Positions 30,244 through 38,023 of a stretch of DNA of 64,000 nt are shown here, piece by piece. The notes beneath the pieces are model-generated. The model ran no database searches. It saw only the letters and a program-made list of their open reading frames with translations, and was not told the DNA's origin. How positions within the stretch are numbered: the stretch's first letter is position 1; the number at the start of each line of letters is the position of its first letter. Source of the stretch: Candidatus Hecatella orcuttiae (GTDB lineage Archaea; Thermoproteota; Bathyarchaeia; Hecatellales; Hecatellaceae); assembly GCA_002011035.2 (NCBI GenBank), contig MTLY02000002.1:1-64000 (forward strand), given 5' to 3'. The position numbers were made by a program, and so were the translations under genes.

Positions 30244-30412
30244 TGGTGGGCCGGGCAGGACTTGAACCTGCGACCCCCCGCGCCGCCTGGTATTCAATAT
30301 CTAATGGTGAATTCTGTCAGGCGGGGATCCTAACCGTCTAGACGAATGCCCTAACGTGGCTTTCACCTTTCGCTCAGGTTTCCACGTTTCCGGCCCGTCC
30401 GTCAACCGGCCC
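30244..30412 (-). tRNA. tRNA-Val(GAC) with an anticodon-loop intron and an acceptor-proximal intron
   Basis: GGGCCGG...TCGTCTAGACGGTTAGGAT CCCCGC CTGAC [32 nt] GC GCGGG GGGTC GCAGGTTCAAGTCCTGC CCGGCCC ACCA. Confidence 0.85.
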
Positions 30413-30526
30413 ACGATGGAAGGGATGGAGCTTTTTCAATTTTAGCCTTTCGCTTTAAAGGAAGCCCAAGATGCTGGGACATGTCTTTTGGAGGATAAAC
30501 TTGTAGCTGCCGGACGTCTGAATTAA

Positions 30527-30899
30527 TTAAGCCAGTAATTTCCCAGCCTCGTTTTTCTCCCGGGGGACCCATTGGACTGAAAACTTTTCAAATCTCTTCA
30601 CCAGCCGAGATACTTCTTTATGCAGTTTTCTGAGCTGCGGGTCTTTCACTCTGTATTCTCCTGCAAGCTGCCGGACTAACAGTTCACTGTCACTGTAAAC
30701 CTTTACAGTATTAACCTTCTCAGCTAAAGCTAAGTTAAGCGCCTTGAGTAGTGCCATATATTCAGCTTGGTTGTTGGTTACCGCTCCCACGTCTTCCACC
30801 AGTTTAAATCCGTTCATCACGATAGCAATGCGGCCCCTCCGCTTATCTTTAAGCTGATGCCTCTTTACTCCACCGTCTATGAAGATCCGGATCTTTCAC
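30527..30899 (-). CDS. rnhA: Ribonuclease HI family protein; GTG start is out of frame by one A
   Basis: KIRIFIDGG, TNNQAEY, YSDSELLVRQL.GEY.VK, WVPREKN. An in-frame TGA precedes AAG ATC. Confidence 0.8.
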
Positions 30900-31081
30900 C
30901 ACACCCCAGTCCTCTCTCACAAGAATTATAAAAAGCCGACATAGTATTAGTTATCTCGCTTAAGAGCTTAACGTCAAACGCGTTGGAAACCGCTAAGCGA
31001 TTCAAAATTTAGCGGTGGTCCCCGTTGCCAATTTTCTAAATGCAGCATATAAAGCATATAAATAAAGAAGAATCGATTTCT

Positions 31082-31183
31082 TTAACTCATTTTTCTGTTA
31101 GCCATCCGCTCGAGGATTTCCGCAGCGGTTTCACCGAGGAATTCTTCTACAGTCTCCCTCCACGCCTTACATCTCTCGCACAT
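31082..31183 (-). CDS. Very small hypothetical ORF with CxxC (33 aa), possibly a gene remnant
   Basis: MCERCKAWRETVEEFLGETAAEILERMANRKMS, directly behind the response-regulator fragment. Confidence 0.35.
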   Translation of the reverse strand: MCERCKAWRETVEEFLGETAAEILERMANRKMS

Positions 31184-31189
31184 TACGGC

Positions 31190-31384
31190 CTAGCCTTCTC
31201 TTTCCTGCTTCAACTGTTTCGCTCTTGTCTCTATAAATTCCGCGATCTTCTCTTGGGTCATCACTAAATCTTCCTGCTGCCTCCGTAATTGCCCCTTAAT
31301 AGTTTTCAACAGTTCTTGAGGGTTGAGTGGCTTCATTATGTAGGCGTCAGCGCCACGGTTCACTGCCTCCACAGCATTATCCAA
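31190..31384 (-). pseudogene. C-terminal fragment of a response-regulator receiver domain
   Basis: NAVEAVNRGADAYIMKP is present; the N-terminal half with the phospho-Asp is missing. Confidence 0.75.
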
Positions 31385-31625
31385 CGTACTTTACAAAGTT
31401 GCGGCATTTTTGGTCGGATTCCCACTGTAGCTCCGTCTGTTTCTGTTTGTTTTTTTTTATCATAATTCTCTGAATCTTCTCCTGAAGCTTCGAATAGGAA
31501 TTCTTCATATTTAGCACAAAAATTTTATTCAATATTCCCGGGGTTTCTTCTGGATAGCGAAATTGAAAGAAATCCATATAGCCTCTCAAAGATAAAGAAC
31601 ATTCAGGCTTGAGCTGGGTATCCTG

Positions 31626-32312
31626 ATGGATTTAACAGTTCTAATCATGGCTGGGGGAAAAAGCAGCCGAATGGATTCCCCCGAAGAGAAACCCCTTATA
31701 AAAATAGCCGGCAGACCTATGATTGAGCATGTCCTCCGCGCTCTCAAAGATGTGAAAGATGTGGGCAGAATTTTTGTCGCCACCAGCCCGCATACGCCGA
31801 AAACCGCTGAAGAAATGGCGAAATATCCAATAGAGGTTGTTGAAACTCCCGGAAAAGATTATGTTTCAGACATGCAATTCGCCGTGAGGAAGTTGAAGCT
31901 AGGGGCGACCCTCATAGTCTCAGCAGACCTACCTCTCCTGACAGGTCGTCTTCTCGAGGATGTCATTAACCATTTTCACCGCTGCAAAAAACCTGCCTTG
32001 GCAGTGATGGTTCCTCAGGAAACGTTTCAGAAACTCGGTTTAAAACCGCCTGAAGGTTTGGAGGTTGAGAGCCGGCGACTGGTCCCCGCTGGAGTAAATG
32101 TGATAGAAGGGGGGAGAATAGATGAGGCTGAAATTGAACAGGAAAACCTTATTCTAGACCGGCCTGAGCTGGCGGTCAACGTCAACACTTCCTCAGATGT
32201 GAAGATGGCGGAAAAGATTCTTCAAGAAAAACTGAAGCCGAGTTTTAAATCAGTGGGAGGTCAGCCTTTTTCCGCGAAAAACCATCAAGCTTTATGTGCT
32301 GGAGATAGTTAG
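31626..32312 (+). CDS. cobY: Adenosylcobinamide-phosphate guanylyltransferase (CobY-type NTP transferase)
   Basis: Motifs MAGGKSSRM, EKPL, SPHTPKT, ETPGKDYVSD, SADLP, NVNT..D. Confidence 0.85.
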   Translation: MDLTVLIMAGGKSSRMDSPEEKPLIKIAGRPMIEHVLRALKDVKDVGRIFVATSPHTPKTAEEMAKYPIEVVETPGKDYVSDMQFAVRKLKLGATLIVSADLPLLTGRLLEDVINHFHRCKKPALAVMVPQETFQKLGLKPPEGLEVESRRLVPAGVNVIEGGRIDEAEIEQENLILDRPELAVNVNTSSDVKMAEKILQEKLKPSFKSVGGQPFSAKNHQALCAGDS

Positions 32313-32323
32313 GTGGCGGTGAT

Positions 32324-33019
32324 ATGGTTTTAGCTGGGAAGATCTTCAGAGTCAGAGAAAAAGTGGAGCTTGACAGTTTAGCGGCCAAACTTAAAGACTT
32401 CAAAAGGGAAGAAGCCTATGTGGAGGAGAATTTTCAGCACAGATTGGTCACCGAAGTTCAACGTTTAAACAAAACCTCTCTAGGCCTTGAGGGAATTCTG
32501 TCTTTCGATAAGATCCTTCACATACCTCACCGGGGAGAGCTGGTTCCCGTGCCCAGAACCTTCCTAGCCCCCTTCCTTTTCACGGAGTATGGAGGAAAAC
32601 TTCTCCTGACCATTCTGGAGAAAAAATGGCGGGCCAACAATTTCGCCAACCTTTTGAGCGAAGCTCTCTTCACCACCGTCGGCTATGTCGTCGAGGTTAA
32701 AATTCCGGCGGAAAACCTGAGAAGCTACCATGAGGAAAACCCGGAGGGGACAAAGGTGATTTTCTTCAGCAACGTGGACATCCCCAACGTCAGGAAGCTA
32801 TCCCTCTATGGGGCCAGCTTAGCCAATGCCTCCCTTTACGGAGAGTTTCTGAGCCACGGTAACATCTGGTATGTCGTGGTCACTTCTAAAAGGTACGGCT
32901 ACGTGGTGGGGATAACCGGCAATGGCATCGTGACCATCTTCAACAGGGTTGAGCCTAAAGACTTTCTCACCTACACCACCGAGGAAGTCTTCCCCCTCAT
33001 CGAGATGCCTGAAGAATGA
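32324..33019 (+). CDS. Conserved archaeal hypothetical protein
   Basis: 231-aa ORF with a GGTGA RBS; KLSLYG and GNIWYVV motifs. Confidence 0.75.
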   Translation: MVLAGKIFRVREKVELDSLAAKLKDFKREEAYVEENFQHRLVTEVQRLNKTSLGLEGILSFDKILHIPHRGELVPVPRTFLAPFLFTEYGGKLLLTILEKKWRANNFANLLSEALFTTVGYVVEVKIPAENLRSYHEENPEGTKVIFFSNVDIPNVRKLSLYGASLANASLYGEFLSHGNIWYVVVTSKRYGYVVGITGNGIVTIFNRVEPKDFLTYTTEEVFPLIEMPEE

Positions 33020-33105
33020 GGAGGCGGGCGGGCCTAGATAGGTTGATATGGGATGAGAGCAATTAATATTTTAAAAATCAGGGCTTCCGGGAGGCCTGAA
33101 GGGGC

Positions 33106-33426
33106 TTGAGGCTGGAGGAAGAAGCAAGGAGGTTAAAATACAACACCGCCAAATTCATCAGGATTCCTCTGATAATCCACGTCGTTTTAAAGAAAGATAA
33201 CTCTTTCAACCTGCAGGTGGAGCACTTAGAGGTGAAGAGAACCTCTATCCACATTCCACGGGACGCTATCAACCTGAAGCATCAGGAAATCGAAGACTTT
33301 ATAAAGCAGATGTACCCTGAAGCCCGGGCCTTCGTCATCCAATACGAGAAAAAAGGAGAAGAAGTTGTACCCTTCTGCGCACAGCTGTTCCTCTCTGGAC
33401 GGCCAAAAGGGCCTCAGGCTTACTGA
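33106..33426 (+). CDS. Hypothetical protein
   Basis: 106-aa ORF; start uncertain. Confidence 0.55.
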   Translation: MRLEEEARRLKYNTAKFIRIPLIIHVVLKKDNSFNLQVEHLEVKRTSIHIPRDAINLKHQEIEDFIKQMYPEARAFVIQYEKKGEEVVPFCAQLFLSGRPKGPQAY

Positions 33427-33477
33427 AGCAAGACCGCCCATGGAGATGTTTTTCATCGAGGCTTAATGGAAACAGCT

Positions 33478-33560
33478 GCGGGGTCGCCAAGCATGGTCAA
33501 AGGCGCAGGAATGAGGATCCTGTCCCGAAGGGGGTTTGGGGGTTCGAATCTCCCGCACTA
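33478..33560 (+). pseudogene. Degenerate inverted copy of tRNA-Leu(GAG)
   Basis: About 55 nt nearly identical to the 29215-29302 gene; T-arm and acceptor 3' strand carry deletions and substitutions; no CCA. Confidence 0.85.
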
Positions 33561-33638
33561 CTAGCTTTGGTCGATTTCTAAAGGATATTTTTCGAGAAAT
33601 AATTTAACTCTTCTGAGTTGAAAATTTAAATATTGAAC

Positions 33639-33658
33639 AATTGAATAATTATTCAATT
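33639..33658. promoter_or_regulatory. Perfect 20-bp palindrome; probable ArsR/CadC operator
   Basis: AATTGAATAATTATTCAATT lies between a TATA-like TTTAAATA and the cadC start. Confidence 0.7.
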
Positions 33659-33674
33659 ATATCAGGTAATATCT

Positions 33675-34034
33675 ATGGCGAAGAACGATGAAGTTTGTGA
33701 GATAATCTATGTGGATGAGAAGAAAGTTAAGAAAGTGCAAAAAGAGATGCTTAGTGAAGAGGACACAGAAACTATATCCGGGATTTTCAAAGCTCTTGGC
33801 GACCTGACGAGATTAAAGATTCTCTATGCTCTGTCAAAAGAGGAACTTTGCGTCTGCGATCTCTCCAGTCTTCTAGGCATAACCCTATCTGCCATATCTC
33901 ACCAGTTGAGAATTCTCAGAAATCTAAAGCTTGTCAAATCGAAGCGGCGGGGGAAAATCGTTTACTACTCGTTAGCGAACGATCACGTCCTCAGCCTGTT
34001 GCATGTGGGCGTGAAACATGCAGAAGAGTCCTGA
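33675..34034 (+). CDS. cadC: ArsR/SmtB/CadC metalloregulator
   Basis: N-terminal Cys (VCEI), FKALGD.TRLKI, ELCVCDL, SAISHQLR. Confidence 0.9.
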   Translation: MAKNDEVCEIIYVDEKKVKKVQKEMLSEEDTETISGIFKALGDLTRLKILYALSKEELCVCDLSSLLGITLSAISHQLRILRNLKLVKSKRRGKIVYYSLANDHVLSLLHVGVKHAEES

Positions 34035-34086
34035 TGGAGATGGAAGGATAATAAGAAAAAATACTGAAGGGCGAGCGTGAGTTAAG

Positions 34087-36015
34087 ATGGAAGAACACGT
34101 CGGTGAAAAGAGTTGTTCTATCTGTGCAGTTGGAATTATTGAGGAAAGAGAGCCTATATGGAAAAAGAGAAGCCTACACATAATACTGGCTTCGTCTGCA
34201 ACTCTTACAGTCGGATTAATCTTCGAATTCGTTCTGAACATTATTCTTCTTGCCCAGATTCTCTTCGTAGCTGTAGTTATTCTCTCAGGATTTGACATCG
34301 CAAAGAATGGTCTCCGCTCGCTGCTGAAAAAGCGTTTGGATATGAACCTGCTCATAATGGTTGCCGCCATAGGAGCGTTTCTCATAGGTCATGGCGAAGA
34401 AGGGGCAGCAATAGTTTTTCTGTTTTTCATAGCAGAATTTTTGGAAGAGCACGCTATAGAAAGAACGAGAAGGTCGGTTGGAGCGCTGATGAAGCTAGCT
34501 CCAGACATCACTACCGTAAGAAGAAACGGTAAAGAAGTGGAAGTTCATACGCATGACATCAAGGTTAATGAAGTCATTCTTGTGAAACCTGGAAATAAAG
34601 TGCCTTTGGATGGCGTTGTAGTGAAAGGTGTTTCCAGCGTGAATCAGGCTCCAATTACAGGAGAATCCATTCCGGTAACAAAGCAGCCGGGAGATGAAGT
34701 TTATGCAGGCACAATAAACTGCGAAGGTTTCTTGGAAGTTAAGGTTATGAAGAAATCGGATCAGACGATGCTCTCCAAGATTGCCAAGCTTGTGGAAGAG
34801 GCTCAGAAAAGGAAGTCTCCGACTGAGAAGTTTGTGGACAGGTTTGCCAAGTATTATACTCCAAGCGTTCTGTTCTTAGCCCTTCTAGTAGCCACAATAC
34901 CAACTCTGGTATTCAATCTGCCTTTCAACGATTGGTTTTATAAGGCACTGGTTTTGTTGGTGGTTTCTTGCCCATGCGCATTAGCGATCTCCACACCAGT
35001 GTCGATAGTCTCTGGGATAACTAGTGGAGCTAGGAATGGTGTTTTGATAAAGGGTGGCAGGTATGTCGAAGAGATAAATCAGATAGACGTTTTCGCCTTC
35101 GATAAGACTGGCACCTTGACAGAAGGAAAGCCTGAGGTAACTGACATCATAGGGTTAGGCAACCCCGACAGAGAAGTGTTAAGCATAGCCGCTTCCTTGG
35201 AGGCTATGTCAGAACACCCTATCGCCAAAGCAATAACTTATAAGGCGAGCGTAGAAGGCGTAAAAACAAAAAACGTCACTAACTTCAAGTCAATCGCTGG
35301 AAAAGGAGTCTACGGTAAAATCGGAGACCAAACCTACTATCTAGGCAGCGCAAAAATATTTAATGACATGTCCTTGACCATTCCTGAAGAAGCTGGAAAA
35401 CTTGAAGAAGAAGGCAAAACGGTGATACTCGTTGGAAATAGAAGAGGCATCGTCGGTGTAATAGCTGTCATGGACAAGATTAGAGATGGCACGGTTAGAG
35501 CTATATCTAGTATTCGAAAATCTGGAATAAGGACAGTGATGATAACAGGAGATAATAGGAGAACGGCTAAGACAATAGCGGAGAGAATAGGCATCGACGA
35601 ATTTCATGCAGAGCTGCTGCCGGAAGAAAAGGTGAAGATAATTGAGGACTTGAGAAAAAACAAGGGCAAGGTGGCTATGGTCGGTGATGGTGTGAATGAT
35701 GCCCCAGCGTTGGCTAGAGCAGACGTGGGCATAGCCATGGGAACCATAGGCAGCGATGTTGCCCTCGAAACGGCTGATGTGGCCTTGATGCAGGACGACC
35801 TCTCAAAGCTACCGTATCTGGTAAATTTAAGCAAAAAGACTGTCAAAGTAATGAAGACGAACATCTTCGCTTCAATACTAATAAAAGGATCGTTCGCCGT
35901 CCTAGCATTCCCAGGCATTGTAACATTGTGGATGGCTGTTGGCATAGGAGATATGGGGCTTTCACTTGCTGTAGTACTTAACGCAATGGCGCTCTCTATG
36001 CTAAAGCCCAAATGA
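34087..36015 (+). CDS. cadA: Heavy-metal (Zn/Cd/Pb) P1B-type ATPase
   Basis: Motifs TGES, SCPCAL, DKTGTLT, SEHP, GDGVNDAP; N-terminal CxxC. Confidence 0.93.
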   Translation: MEEHVGEKSCSICAVGIIEEREPIWKKRSLHIILASSATLTVGLIFEFVLNIILLAQILFVAVVILSGFDIAKNGLRSLLKKRLDMNLLIMVAAIGAFLIGHGEEGAAIVFLFFIAEFLEEHAIERTRRSVGALMKLAPDITTVRRNGKEVEVHTHDIKVNEVILVKPGNKVPLDGVVVKGVSSVNQAPITGESIPVTKQPGDEVYAGTINCEGFLEVKVMKKSDQTMLSKIAKLVEEAQKRKSPTEKFVDRFAKYYTPSVLFLALLVATIPTLVFNLPFNDWFYKALVLLVVSCPCALAISTPVSIVSGITSGARNGVLIKGGRYVEEINQIDVFAFDKTGTLTEGKPEVTDIIGLGNPDREVLSIAASLEAMSEHPIAKAITYKASVEGVKTKNVTNFKSIAGKGVYGKIGDQTYYLGSAKIFNDMSLTIPEEAGKLEEEGKTVILVGNRRGIVGVIAVMDKIRDGTVRAISSIRKSGIRTVMITGDNRRTAKTIAERIGIDEFHAELLPEEKVKIIEDLRKNKGKVAMVGDGVNDAPALARADVGIAMGTIGSDVALETADVALMQDDLSKLPYLVNLSKKTVKVMKTNIFASILIKGSFAVLAFPGIVTLWMAVGIGDMGLSLAVVLNAMALSMLKPK

Positions 36016-36114
36016 TTAAGGTTATCAAACATTAAATGAAAGAGGATGGTCAAGCGTTTAAAAGCGAGAAATGCGTGTACAGTTATTTTAGGTAAAGATA
36101 ACATTTAATATCAA

Positions 36115-36465
36115 ATGCAGTTATACCTGAAACATTTTTCTAAACTAGCGGTATGGAAGCCGGGGACGCAGGGATTGGACTGGATGGCTCTGATAGTTCC
36201 TTTCGGCATCGTTGCCGCTGCTGAGCTGGGGGACAAAACTCAGATCGCAACCATATTGATGGCAGCCAAGTATGCTCTACCTCTCCAAGTGTTCGCAGGA
36301 GCTTTTTCAGCCGAACTGTTCATCACCATCATAGGAATCCTTTTGGGAACCAGCTTGCGGAGGGTAGTCCCGCTGCGGGTGGTGAAGAAAGCCTCTGCCG
36401 GTGTCTTCATGGTTTTCGGCTTTCTCTTTCTGGTCACTGCTCTAGGGGGGTTCAACGCAGCCTAG
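36115..36465 (+). CDS. TMEM165/GDT1 (UPF0016) half-size protein
   Basis: Single ELGDKTQ motif and 3 TM helices; true start probably ~36175-36184. Confidence 0.8.
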   Translation: MQLYLKHFSKLAVWKPGTQGLDWMALIVPFGIVAAAELGDKTQIATILMAAKYALPLQVFAGAFSAELFITIIGILLGTSLRRVVPLRVVKKASAGVFMVFGFLFLVTALGGFNAA

Positions 36466-36490
36466 GAAGCAGGCAGGCTTCTCCCTAGGG

Positions 36491-37987
36491 TTAGGAGCCC
36501 ATGGCAGGAGTCAGCCCTGAGAGAAGCTGGGAGAGGAAGGGCGCTGCCACGTTGGTGAGGACAGTGGGATAAATGCCGAGGACGACCGCCACCACGGCCA
36601 AGACTAGGATGGGCGCCGTCATCAACCTAGGCCCTTCTTTCGCCTCCTTCAAAGGTTCAGGGGTTCCGCCGAAGAAGACCCGGCGCACCGTCCAGAGGCC
36701 GTAGCCCGCGGTCATGGCGGAGAAAACCACGGCGATGCCCGTCACCCATATACGGGTCAAGTTGGGGGCTGTCACCCCACCGAAGCCTGTTCCTGTGTAG
36801 ATGGAACCTCCGAAGGTGAAGAACTCCCCCCAGAACCCGATGAGGGGCGGGGCTCCCATGAGAGTTAGAAACCCTAGGAGGGTAGCCGTGGCCGAGTAGG
36901 GCATTCTCCCCGCCAGTCCGCCCAGTTCCCGGATGCTCCGGGTGTGGAGGGTGTGGATGAAGATGCCGGCTACCATGAAGAGGATAGCCTTTCCCAAGCC
37001 GTGGCTGACGTAGATGAGCACAGCCCCCGTGAGGCCTAGGGCTGAGAGGGAGACGACGCCGAAGAGCAAGTAGCCCATCTGGCTGATGCTGGAGTAGGCC
37101 AGAAGCCTTTTGATGTCGTCTTGAGCCAAGGCCATGTAGCCGCCGTAGATCATAGTCACCACCGCCAAGACGACCAAGGCCATGACGAACTGCCCATGCC
37201 CTAAAACCATGGGAAAGGCCGTGTAGACGATGCGGATGGCGGCGTAGCCTCCGATACCCACCATGGCCGGAGACAGCAAGGCGCTGATGGGCGTCGGCGC
37301 CTCGGCGTGGGCGTCAGGCAGCCACGTGTGGAGGGGGAAGATGGCCATCTTGACGAAGAGGCCGAGGAGTATGGCGGAGACTATAGCCACAGCTGTGCCG
37401 ACACTGACTCTCTCCATTCCCGCGGCGATGGCGAACACGTCGAAGGTCCCCGCCAAAAACCGGGCGGTCACAATGCCTGCTAGAAGGAACAAGGCTCCTG
37501 CCTCGGTGAACATGAAATATTTGAAGGCAATTTTCTCCCGGGCCCCTGTGCCCCAGACTCCTATGAGAGCCCAAGAGGGGATAAGCATCAGCTCGAAGAA
37601 GACGAAAAAGGCTGCTAGGTTGGTGACCAACACCGTGCCCATCATCCCAGCAGAGTAGAGAAGGTAGAGAGCGAAGTAGGCGTGGAGGTTGCGCTCATGC
37701 TCCATGTAGGAAATAGAGTAGATAGCGATCAAAGCAGCCAACATGGATATGACCAAAGCGAAAGGTGTGCTCAGACCGTCGGCCACCAAGGTGAAATCGC
37801 CCAAATAGCGTCCCCAAGGATAGCTGGCCACTAGGCTGCCGCCCCAACTTCGAAGCTGGAAGAGGATGAAGCCCAGAAGCCCTGTGGTGTAGGTTAGTAC
37901 GGCGAAAGCCAGCCAGCCTGCGTATTTGCCCAGCCTCCCTCCCACGGCAAGGGCTATTGCGGAGAAGGCGATGGGAACCATGACCAC
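36491..37987 (-). CDS. nuoM: Complex I-like subunit M
   Basis: Motifs FFELMLIP, KMAIFPLHTWLPDAHAEAPT, AYSSISQMG, SHGL. The start may lie 9 codons upstream. Confidence 0.92.
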   Translation of the reverse strand: MVMVPIAFSAIALAVGGRLGKYAGWLAFAVLTYTTGLLGFILFQLRSWGGSLVASYPWGRYLGDFTLVADGLSTPFALVISMLAALIAIYSISYMEHERNLHAYFALYLLYSAGMMGTVLVTNLAAFFVFFELMLIPSWALIGVWGTGAREKIAFKYFMFTEAGALFLLAGIVTARFLAGTFDVFAIAAGMERVSVGTAVAIVSAILLGLFVKMAIFPLHTWLPDAHAEAPTPISALLSPAMVGIGGYAAIRIVYTAFPMVLGHGQFVMALVVLAVVTMIYGGYMALAQDDIKRLLAYSSISQMGYLLFGVVSLSALGLTGAVLIYVSHGLGKAILFMVAGIFIHTLHTRSIRELGGLAGRMPYSATATLLGFLTLMGAPPLIGFWGEFFTFGGSIYTGTGFGGVTAPNLTRIWVTGIAVVFSAMTAGYGLWTVRRVFFGGTPEPLKEAKEGPRLMTAPILVLAVVAVVLGIYPTVLTNVAAPFLSQLLSGLTPAMGS

Positions 37988-38023
37988 TTGTAGTAGCAGC
38001 TGATTGGTGTCTATCGTTTCCCT

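Noticed and set aside
30244-30412. tRNA-Ala(GGC) reading via an alternative intron register
   Set aside because: The acceptor has G3:C70 rather than the G3:U70 Ala determinant, and the BHB register gives GAC.
30894-30899. Selenocysteine readthrough at the in-frame TGA before rnhA
   Set aside because: It is not at a Cys-equivalent position and no SECIS was seen; a 1-nt indel explains it better.
33478-33560. Functional second tRNA-Leu or a classical attR site
   Set aside because: The acceptor and T stems cannot both form. The copy is inverted, includes the 5' half, and no integrase is in the window.
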